This document shows, in pieces, positions 1 to 13,860 of a stretch of 64,000 nt of DNA (within the stretch, counting starts at the first letter, position 1; each line of letters starts with the position of its first letter). The translations under genes and the position numbers were made by a program. The DNA is from Octopus sinensis (taxonomy: Eukaryota): the NCBI RefSeq assembly GCF_006345805.1, contig NC_043000.1:36952001-37016000 (forward strand), written 5' to 3'. Below the pieces are notes generated by a model. The model was not told where the DNA came from, made no database searches, and saw nothing but the letters and a program-made list of their open reading frames with translations.

Positions 1-150
1 ATTATAGATAATGGTTTGAGTTCATTTAATAAACTGCAGTCTCAATATAGCGTCCCAACGTTTATAAGGTTTTTCTTTCTTTGACACAGCTGAATTATTC
101 CTGCGAGAGGCTTCCGATTCCATCCGAACTTTGCGTACATATATGCTCAC

Positions 151-224
151 GCAACATTCATGGAAACAAAGACTGCATTTGTTTTCATCATTTCGTATAT
201 TGGCAATTTTTTTGCTATGGGAGA
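151..224 (-). CDS. candidate internal exon, unknown protein (ISHSKKLPIYEMMKTNAVFVSMNV in phase 0)
   Basis: Minus strand tttttattccttcag| ... |gtgagc, 74 nt, open frame; no homology recognised. Confidence 0.25.
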
Positions 225-1261
225 TCTGAAGGAATAAAAACTTTTATGTCTCTTCAAATGCCCCTTGCACTCTGTATATATAACACGCCGTTTACATATT
301 TTAGTTACAATATTGACTAAAGTCTCTTAATATCTTCTTTAGCACAATAAAAGATTGAAACAAAATACTGTTAATGCGTCAATAAGTTATATTTTTATCG
401 TATCTACAAAAGAATATGGCAATACTATTAATATTTATTATCAATTCTGTTACATAATGCGAAAATAAATGAAGTTTTCTATTAATTGTATTTTAGATAT
501 TAAATTTTTGTCTCCGTATTTTTAATTTAAAAATTCCTGTTTTGCATCAGTTTGATCTAAATCCATTGATAATAAACGATTCAGATGAATGGCGAGTCAA
601 CAGGAGACGAAGCCGTGTAATTTACAAACTTCAACGAGGTTAAATACAAAGATCTATTTATTTAGATGCGTTAAATTTAAATTAAAACTTTAATTGAAAA
701 CTTTAATATTGATTTTGAAGATGTATTTGTCTGGCACGTGATTTGGCCAGAGACCTTGTGTTAAAATTGAATCAATTAAAATCGCGCAAGAAATATTTTA
801 ACAATCTAAAAGCACACCAACCCGTTACGTTCATATTTTATGTATTTCGTGACATAACAGTTGATTTTAAGTTTCGCTCAAAGCTGGGCTGTTAACGACT
901 CAATCCAGTGTATTGAGTACTACAGCAGATAATGTTTGTAGTGTTGAAAATATATTTTAGGATCAATTAAAGTCACATTAAACAGTAATGATAAAATTAA
1001 AGCTGTTTCCATTTATATTTAACTTGTGCTTGTATAGAATGTGTTTCTGCGTCACTAAGCTTCACCAGCGACATACATCAAATATGTTGTTCATAACCCA
1101 TTAAGACTCGCCACTGCCATGCGTAAACGACAAACAATAAATTTTCTGGAGACAGCAAAGCTTTGCTAATCAATTATAAATAAACCAATTAATTAACAAA
1201 AGTCACACTCAGCAGTGGTGATTAAGATAAAGCTGTGTTCGTTATATTTATGTTCACATAC

Positions 1262-1370
1262 CTCGTACAAAATGTGTATAAGGAGATTTTCTCTTCCTAG
1301 CCAGTTACAACAGTGAAGGTCTTTCCAAGTTTGGGTGTAAACAAACGTGTTAAACATAATTGTACGCACC
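1262..1370 (-). CDS. candidate internal exon (VRTIMFNTFVYTQTWKDLHCCNWLGRENLLIHILYE)
   Basis: ccctttgtttgag| ... GAG|gtatgt, 109 nt; ends in phase 0, compatible with 151-224; no homology recognised. Confidence 0.22.
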
Positions 1371-1795
1371 CTCAAACAAAGGGATGAAGATCCTCGTATT
1401 ATCATTTTAAATTAATAACGATCAATCAGTAGAAAATTTTCATATAAATCATTATAATCGGTTTTATATATTTTATTTCCTAATTACGTAATTACGCCGT
1501 CTCACTTAATGAACAAGGGCAGTTATGAGCGTCCACAAAAGAAAAACGTATTTTTCTGTGTTTTGTGGACTTGACATGAATGCATTTGGCTGATCCCTTC
1601 TCCATATAACGGAGCACATAATTCTGTAGAATACATATTTCTCTTTTGCCTCCGATCTACTCAACCAGCGACCATGAAAAACTTTCTACAGAGTTTTCTT
1701 CATCAGCAATAACTCAAAAAAAAAAAAAAACCCAGAAATTACAGTAAAAAGAAATTAACATTTAAAATAACTATCACCAAAATATAACCACTCAC

Positions 1796-1831
1796 CTTTA
1801 TACAAAAAAAACCTTCACTGATCCATTCGTG
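1796..1831 (-). CDS. candidate 36-nt exon (HEWISEGFFCIK)
   Basis: catactttcgtag| ... AAG|gtgagt, strong splice consensus, phase 0-0 open. Confidence 0.25.
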
Positions 1832-1844
1832 CTACGAAAGTATG

Positions 1845-2060
1845 GATTAGAAATTGTTGGCAACAGGTCAGCAATTTCGAGGAAAGGATTAAGTCAATTA
1901 CATCGAACCCCAGTGTTCAACAGGACTTGTTTTATCGACCCTAAAATGATGAAAGGTAGAGTCGACTGCCGCGGCATTTGAATTCACAACGTAAAGTTGG
2001 AAAAATAACCGCTCAACAATTTTTTCCGGCAGCATACCAATTTTGCTAGCTCGCCACTTT
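1845..2060 (-). mobile_element. tRNA-derived SINE, family M (Meta-like central domain)
   Basis: Reverse complement matches the repeated core gtcgactttgcctttcatcctttcggggtcgataaaataagtaccag seen many times in this window. Confidence 0.8.
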
Positions 2061-2929
2061 ACAAAAATATAACACAGTTCTATATTTGAAAGCTGAGGAG
2101 TTATGTACATTATTTACATCCCTGTGGGATGAAGTTAAAATAATAGACAGAGAACACAACTGGAAAATAGGAAAACTAAAAGAGGCGGCACATATGCTAG
2201 GTTTGAAAACCTCCTAAGCAGACCGAGTGCAGATATGGGTAGCATATGGGAACCGGTATTAAGGAAGGATAGGAAAATATTAGATTTATAAGCTCTAAAA
2301 TTCACTTCATAATCGTCCATGGGCATATAGGGTGGTGGTTAAAAGCAACAAACAAAATGAGAGAAAAATTCTGTCAAATGTAAATATAAACACGTTAAGT
2401 ATAAAGTGTTGATCTATTAAAGTTGTATTAGATTCGAAAGCATAAATATAATGAAACACAGCTTTATTTTAATCAGCACTGTTGAGAGTGCGTTTTGTTA
2501 ATTAATTTGTTTGTTTATTATAGATTAACAAAGCTTCGCTGTGTCCAGAATATTTATTGTTTGCTGTTTTCGTATGGCAGTGACAAACTTGAAAACTTGA
2601 CAATGAATTTTAATGCTTTAAGTATTTTCTTTCTGGATACTGGAAAATACTAACAATCATATTTTGAGACTGAGCTCAACAACAAACGGGATTGATGAAA
2701 TTGGAACGAAAATTTCATACCTACAACCTTCAGTAATTATAAAAAATAAACCACCGTTTGTTATAAAATAATGGATGTTAAATACTTTCTGGACTGAAAA
2801 TTGGACATTCCTACTTAATATGATATTCTAACTGACATTAGAAAAATTTTAATGAACCAGGAAAATGATGAGAGAAATTACAAAAATCGATCGTTCATGA
2901 CAAAGGAAATTAGTTCGTGATATTAGTTT

Positions 2930-3125
2930 CAATTTTGACACAAGGCCAGGAAATTCGGACGAAGGGATAAGTCTTTTACATCGGACCCAGTGATCAACTG
3001 ATGGTTATTTTATCGATCTTGAAGGATGAAAGGCAAAATAGACCTCAGTGGAATTTGAACTCAGAACGTAAAGACAGATGAAATACTGCTAAGCATTTTC
3101 CCCGGCGCGTTAACCAAGCGAACGC
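2930..3125 (-). mobile_element. SINE family M
   Basis: Same core plus tRNA-like head (gaactcagaacgtaaag...gctaagcatttt on plus). Confidence 0.85.
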
Positions 3126-3842
3126 GTCCTGGGTCAAAGATGCTCATCATATTTGTAAAATGGAATATTGAACGCTGAAGATCAGAAAACATTCTGTATC
3201 ATTGACCACCTCAAATTACTAGAAAGGTGCAAAGTTTGGAATGAAGAAAAGGAATCTAGGAAAAGGCACCGTTGTTGGTAAGTTTCTATAGATCAGTATT
3301 TAATTATTTTTGAAACTGCGGTCATGTGGTAAGGACCAACCATTAAAGCCGTGACTAAATAATTTCATTTTCCATAGGAAGGTGAACGAAGTTCTGACAT
3401 ACGATAGCAGATATCAAAGTTTCGTTGTTGACGTACAACGTTGATATATTTTGATTGTGTTGTATTACTGGGTCCTTTAACGACAGTAACAGATAACTGC
3501 AAAAGTAAATCAACTTGTGAGTTTAGATAAATAAAGTAAACTTATTTATGCTATTAACGTAATTATGAGCGATCGAAGCCAAAACTGAATACGAAAATTC
3601 TAATTATTGTAAACAAAAATGTGAAGTCGATCCATATTTTATATCGTAACAGACATTTATTGGGACAAAATTTGGCATAATATACTGTGCAAATTAGGAA
3701 ATCATCAATATTTACGATTGATACAACATATAAACGAAATAATATTATATTCGATAACATTAAGCAGAGGCATCAGTGAAGTCAGAAAGAATATATCTTC
3801 AATGTGTGTATGTATGTGTGTGTGTGTTTGTGTGTGTGTGTC

Positions 3843-3901
<59 letters not shown>

Positions 3902-4835
3902 TATTTTAGAAGTCAATTAATTATTTACCATAATGAAATTATCCCAGTAATATTTCTCCTTACGTGGGCCGTGGGTCGTATGAAATATAAGTAAAATGAG
4001 AAGAAAGCAGCGTAATTAATTTTATGTGCTGGAGTTAATGAAGTAAAGCGGTGTAATTAAATTGGAAAGACCTGAAGTATGGAAGCATCTTTTAAATTAT
4101 TCATTCAATATGGAAGTCTTCGAAATAAGTAATATTTTGTGCCGAAACGAAGTGAAGCAAAAGCCAGAAAACTACAAATTTCCCCCCATATTTCTTCATT
4201 GCCAAACGTCATATCATCCTTTCGAAAAATTATTGTAGATGTCTTCCTTTTTAGATTCTTCTATTTCACATAATTTTTATTCGTTTCATCAAACACATCT
4301 TGCGATGATTACAAATACGCCAAAGTAATAAGCTGCATATCTCATACCATTTGTTTGGTGCTACATAATATGTGTAATAGAGTTGGATTTGTCTATACTT
4401 ATGTAACGTAATACAGTATATAATGCTTGTTACAAGATAAATTTGAATATAGTTCCCAAATATGATATCACTCATTTACAGGTTGTACAAGTAATTAAAA
4501 TGATCCCAACATCTAAAATACACCGTCTTTCTCCACTAGCAAGATTAATTACACCTATCAAATTAATTACATCGATTTTCTCTCATGTTCCTGTAATATG
4601 CTGCGGCATCTCGTTACGTTCCTCTTCAAGTAAGCGGGAGTTGATAAGGTACCCGTAAGGTACAGCGGTTAATATAATTGAAGGTGGCCTTGTGCCAATT
4701 TTATAAATCAATATTCCTCTTTTGAATAGAGTCAATAAATTAAATCGATCACACAGTAATGGCATTTATTGCAAGAACGACAAGATGACAGGAAGAAAGA
4801 GGGAAAGTCACGATTTATATTGATGAACAACTTAC

Positions 4836-4906
4836 GAACAGAGAGTTCGGTTTGAAAGGATATTCTTCGCAAATATCGCGAAGTATTAAAGACCTACACA
4901 TCATCT
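4836..4906 (-). CDS. candidate exon (MMCRSLILRDICEEYPFKPNSLF, or VFNTSRYLRRISFQTELSV from an alternative acceptor)
   Basis: tctcattctctctttag| ... TTC|gtaagt; frame ambiguous. Confidence 0.25.
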
Positions 4907-5129
4907 CTAAAGAGAGAATGAGACAGCGTGATGCCAGGATGGCAATCACAAATTTCAGTTTCTTTACGCCCAACATCCATAAATGCATCAACGATATCAA
5001 TTTTTACTAGCTTCATTTTAGCTAAACATGAAATTACCACGTCCTGAAAATTTGAGTTATCGAACCTGAAGGAATAGAATCTATTGTGCAAGGTTCAAAG
5101 TCGACAAGAATGATACGAGAATGATTTAC

Positions 5130-5203
5130 CGCCGTGAGAGATTTCATTAGGATCGATGCCGTATTCAATTGCAGTAACTTCTCATCGTCACCAAATCTGT
5201 TGC
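5130..5203 (-). CDS. candidate exon (NRFGDDEKLLQLNTASILMKSLTA)
   Basis: ctattttgcag| ... GCG|gtaaat; 74 nt with one open frame. Confidence 0.2.
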
Positions 5204-5453
5204 CTGCAAAATAGATGTTACAGCATTGATATTTAAAAATTCGCTATTCATAATGGGCAATTACAACGGATAGTTATCCACGACGAGAGGGAATTTACAT
5301 GTCAGCTTTCTAGTATTTATACAAGAATAAAGAGAGATGCTTATTCATTGACACAGTTTAGAAACTAATTTAACATTCTAGTTTTAATATAATTTTTCTT
5401 TATCAAAATTTGATTTTCAAGTCTCTTTTATTATTGAATATTTTAACTACACT

Positions 5454-5717
5454 CAATGGCGGACTGCGCCTAAAAATATTGGTTGCCAGGAGACTAAGGG
5501 GGGCCACCCGCAACCACATATTTTTGGGGGTTTTTGTTGAAAGTATTCTTTTCAACTGTCTACAAACGCAGCCAGGCTGAAATAATTCATTCTTCCAGGA
5601 ATGAATTAAAAAATTTCTCAAACTTAGATACTAACATGGGCCCCCATATACGGATTCTAATGGCGCATTGGCCCTCTTGCCATCGGGCAAGCTGGCAACC
5701 TGACCAGTCCGCCACTG
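5454..5717. mobile_element. hAT-type MITE
   Basis: TIRs caatggcggactg / cagtccgccactg (12/13); 8-bp flanks actacact / acaacact (7/8), consistent with a hAT TSD; non-coding, 264 bp. Confidence 0.7.
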
Positions 5718-6833
5718 ACAACACTATTATTTTACAAACCCAAGTTTAATTCCCTACAACAAAGTAAGCGGTTCTTATCGTCTTATTTCTATTTGTATCC
5801 CTTTTCTTTGCAACAGTTTTCCCTTCTCATCATTTCCATGTCTTCTTTGTTTACCGCCCTTTAAACGTCTTTTTCCTCACCACTCTTATTTACATCGTTT
5901 TTTTGTACGTCTTTCTTCATATTTCATTTAACATCTATTATTTACCCGCACACTGTTAGTCTCATTTTCTTTCCTTGCAAAGCTGACTCAGTCTCACTGT
6001 CTCTCATTGCTTTCTACCGCCTTTGTTCAATTTGTGAAAATGTTTACACAATATCAATTTATCACACCAAAATTACATTGAAAATTTTCATTTCGAATTT
6101 CATATACAATGTGTAGTCCATGGTCCTTTGAATAATGAAAGCCTTGGATTATTTACTGTGCCTACGTCGACTTCGCTTTATTGTTAAGTAATATTTTGAT
6201 TTCGTTTGAATACAATAGGATGATACAGATTCCATACTGCGCTATCGGTTTCCGCATTAATTTGTTTCAAATTTAACGTTACGAGCAAATAAATGTGTTA
6301 ACATGTGACATTATTGACCGCGGTTACCGTGGTCTTTTCCGTAGGCTTTTTCTTTCCACGTATAAAATTTATCTGTTTCTCCTTTACACTTTACATCATG
6401 ACATTTCTGTGATATACGATCCCTACTGATCGTTTTTTTTTACGATCCCTTTTGATCGAAAACCTACACCCCTTTTTTTCTCCCCCAAAAGAAAAGATTT
6501 ACTTTGTAATTTGTTCCTTCTGTGTTCAGCCTTATGTGGCTAATAAAGAAACATATCTATCTATCATATATATATATATGTATATTTTTATATAAATAAG
6601 GATAAGATCAATATTTAAAATACCGATCTTATCAGGTGGCCAGCATGGGAATAAAACCTTTCAAAGGTTATGATTATTTAAAATTATAATTTAGGGTATC
6701 TAAGAGATACCACAACGCAGGAAATAGCAGTCAAAACTTGACTCTAAAACCACATTAAATGTTGATACAGCACCAGGAAAGAAAACAAAGACACAAAATA
6801 AACTAGTAAAACAATTACTGGATATCTATCATT

Positions 6834-6867
<34 letters not shown>

Positions 6868-6936
6868 AGGGAGAGAGGGAAAGAGAGAGAAAGGGAGACT
6901 GAGAAAGACTAAATAAATAGACAGGCAAACAAACAA

Positions 6937-6984
<48 letters not shown>

Positions 6985-6992
6985 GTAGATAT

Positions 6993-7033
<41 letters not shown>

Positions 7034-7579
7034 AACAGATAAAGTGGGAGAACGTATAACTAAATACGTGCAATTCGTGCAAATGTGCATAAAGTTTTCT
7101 TGGAAAGGAAAATTTATCCTATTCACACCAGAGAGAAGAAAACAGAAGGAACAGGGGCAAACAGAATTTCTATATTTTCTGAACTGGAAAAATGCACAGT
7201 CAATATACTACCAGTGAGATTAGGGAAAACGTTGCAATAAACGAAAATATTTCATCATAGGAAAGCATAACTGTGAAATAGAAAAACCGAAAGAAAAAAA
7301 AAAACTAGGATAAAAAAGGGTTAAAATTATAGAATAAACATGTAGGCCCATATTAAATAGAAATGAAATCATATTTCTGGGGGGAAAAAAAAACTAACCA
7401 AACCAATTAAATAATCAATACTATTATTTTCTTTTAATAAATATAGTGAATTAATTTGTCACGGTTATAACTTAGTTTTATATCTCCGGGCTACGAGAGC
7501 GACGGCGACAACAACAACGACAACGATGTGTCTTGGACAGAGTATTCTCTTTTTTTAAATAACTGCAGCAACAGCAGCA

Positions 7580-7634
<55 letters not shown>

Positions 7635-7849
7635 ATAATAATAATAATGACGAACTTAATAACAATAAGAAGCACGTGCTGTGATGAAAGTCGTAACAGC
7701 TTGTTTTTAATTAAGTGAACATTCTACATTATATAGCTTAACTACTATAGAAGCCCACCTTCCAAATTATATAACTTATACACACGCTAAGTAAATACCA
7801 TAGAAATCTCTATGCATGTATGTATGTATGTATGTATGTTGTATGTATG

Positions 7850-7880
<31 letters not shown>

Positions 7881-7881
<1 letters not shown>

Positions 7882-8200
7882 GGTGCATGGCTCAGTGGTT
7901 AGACTGTCGAGCTTACGATCGTGAGGTTGTGAGCGGACTGCGTGTTGTGTTCTTGTGCAAGACACTTTATTTCACGTTGCTCCTGTCCACTCAGCTGCAG
8001 AAATGAGTTGCGACGTCGTAGGTGCCGAGCTGTATCGGCCCTTTTGCCTTTCCCTTGGATAACACTGGTGGCGTGAAGATGGGAGGCCGGTATGCATGGG
8101 CGACTGCTGGTCTTCCATAAACAACCTTGCCCGGACTTGTGCCTGCGAGGGTAACTTTCTAGGTGCAATCCCATGGTCATTCACGACCGAAGGGGATCTC
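7881..8200 (+). mobile_element. tRNA-derived SINE with CORE-like domain
   Basis: ggtgcatggctcagtggttag head, then gtgttgtgttcttgtgcaagacactttatttcacgttgctcc; embedded in (GTAT)n. Confidence 0.75.
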
Positions 8201-8439
8201 AGATGTGTGCATGTATGTATGTATGTCATTATTCAGTTTATTTCAAGATTTCTTGCCAATAGAGAAAGAACTGGTTTCTAACCTAGAGCCAAGGCTCCTT
8301 CATTGAAATTTCAACATCAACAACAGGGTATTTTTGTATGTATGTATGTATGTATGTATGTATGTATGTATGTATGTATGTGCAGATTTATATATTTTAT
8401 GCATGTATTCTCATGCATAAAGTTACATGTCTAGACATC

Positions 8440-8850
8440 CTCATATATATTTAAATGATAAACTTCTGTAAAGTTTTACAGATTTTTACAGTTCCACTGA
8501 TTAGATTGGATCTGTGGTCTTCGAATTAGCCTTCTCCTTTCTGGTTTTGAGAAGCCTAATTTCTCAAGATTGGTAGTTAGGCAGTGTGTTACATATCCCA
8601 GGGCCCCAATAATTACATGCATAAACCTGAACTTGTAATCTAGATAGAGTAACAGCAGATTTCTCAATAGTTCAGCGCAGATATTCTCTTTTTCCCTGAT
8701 CTTCAGCTTTATGTTAACATCCACTGGGCAGCTAATTTCCACAACTGTACACAATTTCTCTTCTCTATTAGTTATATCAGGTCTGTTGTGCTTACATTTC
8801 ATTGAGGTCTTCACTGGGACATTCCACCGGTATTCCCTTTTATTATGAGT
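8440..8850 (-). mobile_element. R4/Dong-type non-LTR retrotransposon 3' fragment (RLE domain)
   Basis: Translation WNVPVKTSMKCKHNRPDI...VVEISCP...IIGALG matches the RLE motif (PD..D/E..P...IIGALG). Confidence 0.8.
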
Positions 8851-9475
8851 GGCTACGGCTTCTACCATACTGTGGGTATGTATGTATTTATGCATGTATA
8901 TATGTATGTATATGTGTATATGTGTGTGTGTTATATAAAATACAGGTATACACATAAACAGGCACGATATAAAATACATATACATATTTGTGCGTGTGTG
9001 TGTGTCCGTGTTATCTCTTATCCCTCCTGGGTCGATAAAAGTGAAGCACCGGATGCTGCAACATGGCCAGAGTTAAAAGGATGAAACTAGGAAAAATTGA
9101 AAAAAAAGAAGAATAGAAATAAATTAATAAAAGGATATCATATGAGTGTGGACTTCAGTGATGTTGACGTTTCGTCTTGATACACTGATACTGAATAAAT
9201 AACTTTCGAAAACTATTCAGGTATACAGATATATTTTTAAAGATAAATTAAATGTAGATATTCTATTGACAATCCAATCATTTACTAATATTACAATCCA
9301 GCCGTCCTTTCACACGGAATTTCGTCTTTCTGGACCAAGGACCCTGAAGTGAATTATATACAATGAAACTGAGATTATGTATATTAGAATATATATATAA
9401 GTAGAAACAATTTGTTGGCCTTTTACGGTTTTTATAATAATTTATATACTATTATGTTATATATAATATGCACGT

Positions 9476-9852
9476 GGAGGTGCAATGGCCCAGTGGTTAG
9501 GGCAGCGGACTCGCGGTCGGAGGATCGCGGTTTCGATTCCCAGACCGGGCATTGTGAGTGTTTATTGAGCGAAAACACCTAAAGCTCCACGAGGCTCGGC
9601 AGGGGGTGGTGGTGAACCCAGCTGTACTCTTTCACCGCAACTTTCTCTCGCTCTTTCTTCCTGTTTCTCCTGTACCTGTATTTCAAAGGGCCAGCCTTGT
9701 CACACTCTGTGTCACGCTGAATCTCCTCGAGAACTACGTTAAGGGTACACGTGTCTGTGGAGTGCTCAGCCACTTGCACGTTAATATCACGAGCAAGCTG
9801 TTCCGTTGATCGTATCAGCTGGGACCCTCATCGTCGCAACCGACGGAGTGCT
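9476..9852 (+). mobile_element. tRNA-derived SINE, family P
   Basis: A/B-box head ggcccagtggttagggcagcggactc...ggtttcgattcc; second near-colinear copy at 26524-26893. Confidence 0.85.
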
Positions 9853-10149
9853 CCTACTATAATATCCACAGTATTTAATGTAATGTAATATAAATAAATT
9901 ATTGGATTATCAATAGAATATCTCTATATTTAATTTATCTTTATTATTGAATTACACCAATATTTATATGGTATCCAACTGAAGTACCAGTGAATTGGAT
10001 GCTTAACACACCCCTTTGAAGGATTTCTTTTCCTCAGTTTGTTACAGATATATGTTTATATAAACATGTGTTTGTGTGAATATATTAATGTCTCTTCGCA
10101 ATGGTAGAGAAATAGCAACAAAAACAAAAGACAAAAATTAGAAATGAAA

Positions 10150-10480
10150 ATCTTTATCATCATGTCGTTTAATATCCGCTTTCCATGCTGGCATGGGCTG
10201 GACGGTTTGACCGAGGGCTGGCGAACCATAAGGCTGCACCAGGCTCCAATCCGATCTGGTCATGTTTCTACAGTTAGATGTCCTTCCTAACGCCAACCAC
10301 TCCGAGAGTGTAGTGGGTGATTTTTATGTGCCACCGGCACGAGCGCAGGTCAGGCGATACTGGCATTGGCCACGCTCGAATGGTGCTTTTTATGTGCCAC
10401 CGGCACGGGAGCCAGTCAGGCGGCACTGGCATCGGCCACGCTCGAATGGTGCTTTATACGAGCTACCGGCACGGGTGAAA
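10150..10480 (-). mobile_element. SINE/short retroelement with RTE-like tail and internal ~66-bp tandem repeats
   Basis: Tail gaaagcggatattaaacgacatgatga on minus; tttatgtgccaccggcacg...ggccacgctcgaatggtgc repeated about 2.5 times. Confidence 0.55.
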
Positions 10481-11181
10481 AAAAAAGAAATTTATTGACT
10501 CATCAGCTGCCTTGCTTAGGATTATAGCAGTTTCAGCGCGCTTTATAAGTTCCTTAAGCCAAAGATATACCGGAGATAAGAATCATAAACAAACAAAAAA
10601 CCCACAAAAAACACATGGACAAGAAGAGGATGTGTGGTAAGGACTAGTGATGGGACAGGAAAAGAAAGTACTTAATTCTACGTATATACGGTGAAATATA
10701 AAAACAGAACGCGTTTCCTTTTGTGATAAAAATGTAATAACTAAAAAACAAGAAACAATAGAAACCATTGAGCAACGAATTCTACGTTTTTTGGCGATTC
10801 AGTCCATCGGCATTCGGACTTTATTCTTCCAATTTTCTTTCAAATGACAATTGGATGAAAGAGCATCTTCTTCTTGTCGGGATGGGACGTAACAAGACTC
10901 ATTTCGCCGCAGACGTAGGAAAGGAAAGCATTTAAACTAATAAATATACATTACGGGCACATATTGAATAATTTCTCCGTTTATTTATGCAAATATATGC
11001 ATAAACACACATACAGATACTCACTCAGACAAATATTCTTACATATGGACATGCTTATGTTTGTGTGTGTATGTGTGTGTGCGCGTGCGTGTATGTATGT
11101 GTGTGCGCGCGTGTGTATGTGTGTATATATGTATGTATGCACACACACACACATATATTAAGTGTATGTATATATTTTTTT

Positions 11182-11460
11182 TCTTTTACTTGTTTCAGTC
11201 ATTTAACTGCGACCATGCTGAAGCACCGCCTTTAGTCGAAGAAATCGACCCCAGGACTTATTCTTTGTAAGCCTACTACTTATTCTATCGGTCTCTTTTG
11301 CCGAACCGCTAAGTCACAGGAACGTGAATACACCAGCATTGGTTGTCAAGCGATGGTGGGGAAACACAGACACACAAACATACACAGACACATACATACA
11401 CATATACATATACACGACGGGCCTCCCTCAGCTTCCACCAAATCTACTCTGACAGCCGAC
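11182..11460 (-). mobile_element. SINE family C (microsatellite-containing), partial
   Basis: Matches the 3' half of copies at 53722, 55118 and 62455. Confidence 0.8.
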
Positions 11461-12339
11461 CGCCAAAACCTCTTGTGTCCATATCCTATGCTCCTGCCTT
11501 TAGGCTTTTACTTTATACATGCCAGCTCAATTTGTATCGTTCTCAGTCGAAAGACACCTGTTGCTATTTCTTGTTTGTATTCGTAATTGTCTACCATGTT
11601 CTCCATTTTTTTGTTTGTTTGTTTTTCGTTTGTTTTTTGTCTTTGTTGCCGTAAACATTCGTTAACTTTCTTACAAAGGGATCTAATGCTCTTAGCTTAG
11701 ACTTTCTGGGGGGAAACCAGATCGAACCATCTCAAGTGTAACTGCCCGAAATGGTCGTGACTTCTGGAACTTGACTGAGGAAAGAAAGCCAAGAATGACC
11801 CGTCTTTTTTTTACCTGTCCTTCTAATGGTTGTATCATCTATCTGTCCGAACGTTTTAATGCCGTCTATTGCGTTTTTGTTCTTTTTTTATATTTATATA
11901 TACATACATACATACATACTAGCACTTAGATGCAAAATAAGTGAGAGAAGAAAGTATTTAAATATCAAATGTAGAAATAAAATATTATGTTTAATGAAGA
12001 TGAGAAAATTACGCAAATTTTTACTCAGAGTTTCACGTAACCCATAATCAGACAGAAGTCTACTTTTGTTACAATACAATAGTTTATTAATGTTGCAGAG
12101 ATAATAATTTAGTAACTCACCAAAGTAATATATCATGCTGATTGCACGCGGTGGGGGTCATAACTTTTCAAAATTAATGGAATCTTTTTGGCCGCTGACG
12201 TAGAATGATATAAATGTTAAAAAAAAAAAACGAATAAAAGATGACAAAACAACATCTTAATAGAATCAATCTCATATGTACACGGTAATAGTCATAATAA
12301 TTGCAAAGAGAAATATAGTTTTAAAAATTAAGAATTCAA

Positions 12340-12605
12340 AGAAGAATTCAAAGAATTCAAAGAAGAAAAAGAAGAAGTGAAAGAAGAAGAAGAAGAACAA
12401 CAACAACAACAATAACAAGAAGAAGAACAAGAAGAAGAAGAAAGATATAAAATGTAAGTGACAAAGAGAAGTGGAGTGCGACAAAGAAAAAGAGAAAACG
12501 GAAGATATAATGTTGGTTGGAGAGAAGTGCATTCTAGGCGTTTATATGCCATTAGTAACACTGATAGTTGCCACTTATCTCTATATCCATGCATATCCCT
12601 GTCTG

Positions 12606-12662
<57 letters not shown>

Positions 12663-12679
12663 ATATCCATCTCTCTGTC

Positions 12680-12770
<91 letters not shown>
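12340..12770. repeat. compound microsatellites (AAG/AAC, CTAT, CT, TA)
   Basis: Direct reading; representative of dozens of such tracts in the window. Confidence 0.95.
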
Positions 12771-12771
<1 letters not shown>

Positions 12772-12774
<3 letters not shown>

Positions 12775-13690
12775 GGTTGGACAAAATAATGAAAACCCCT
12801 TAAAATTTCAAACAAATTAATTTTAATATGGGGTAGGACCGACCGCCTTTGGCAGTAAGTACATCTTGAATTCTACGCGGTATGGAGTCGTACAAAGTTT
12901 GAATTGTTTTCAAAGGAATTTTTGTCCATTCTTTAGCTAATACAATCTCCAGTTCTTGTAGTGATGATGGTGGAGGATATCGACTCCTAACTTGTTTTTA
13001 TAAAATGCACCATGAATATTTAATAATATTGAGATCTGGAGACTTTGGTGACCAGATAAGAAGTTCAACTTCACTAGAATGTTCCTCGTGCCATTCAGTA
13101 ACAACTTTAGCTGTGTGAATTGGTGCATTATCATCCTGAAAGATTGTGATTCCCTCCGGAAACAGTTCCGCAACCATAGGATGAATCTGATCAGATAAAA
13201 TGCTTAATTAAAATGCATGATACAGCCTTAAGTTATTTATTGGATGGCCGTTGACTATTAATTGTGCCATGAAGGGAAACCATTGAGCAGGCGGATTTCC
13301 AAGATATAGCCCCCCACCCCGCCCACATCATCACAGATCCTCCTTTATGTTTAACAGGTGGAAGAAGGCAGTCTTGGTCAAATTCGTCTTTTCGCTAACT
13401 CTACACCTATACTCGGCCGGTGGTCGGAAATAAGGTAAAGGATGACTCGTCCGAGAAAATAACATTCTTCCACTGCTCTAGGGACCAATTGTGTAGGTTT
13501 TTACTCCACTCTAAACGCTTTGCAACGTTTGTTTTTGAAGTAATGTTTTTCTGATTGCTACCCTGCCGAGAAATCCGTGCAGCTCCCGGCGAACAGTTTT
13601 TGTGAAAACTGGGTTCTGGAGGCGGTCTACAGTAATTTCAAAATTGCGATGCTATGATGCTAGGTGTTTCCATTATTTTGTCCAATTCAT
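12772..13690 (-). mobile_element. Tc1-like DNA transposon, deleted and pseudogenised
   Basis: TIRs ..ttggacaaaataatg(a/g)aaac.. flanked by TA; minus translation QWKNVIFSDESSF, GGSVMMW, FQDDNAPIHTAK, SPDLNII (Tc1 DDE motifs) with stops and frameshifts. Confidence 0.92.
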
Positions 13691-13746
13691 ATATACATAT
13701 ATATATAATACACAAACACACAAATGTACACCCATAATACATACAT

Positions 13747-13781
<35 letters not shown>

Positions 13782-13807
13782 CAATACACAAACACAAATA
13801 TACACCC

Positions 13808-13860
<53 letters not shown>

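Noticed and set aside
587-640. Possible first exon MASQQETKPCNLQTST on plus
   Set aside because: Weak donor (gttaaa), and no phase-compatible open downstream exon was found.
9150-9200. GAAACGTC half-hammerhead on minus
   Set aside because: No CUGANGA or covariant core upstream; at most a deleted relic.
9476-9550. tRNA gene (also heads at 7881, 26524, 32848, 55118, 63062)
   Set aside because: A/B boxes run directly into repeated SINE bodies and no complete acceptor stem is evident.
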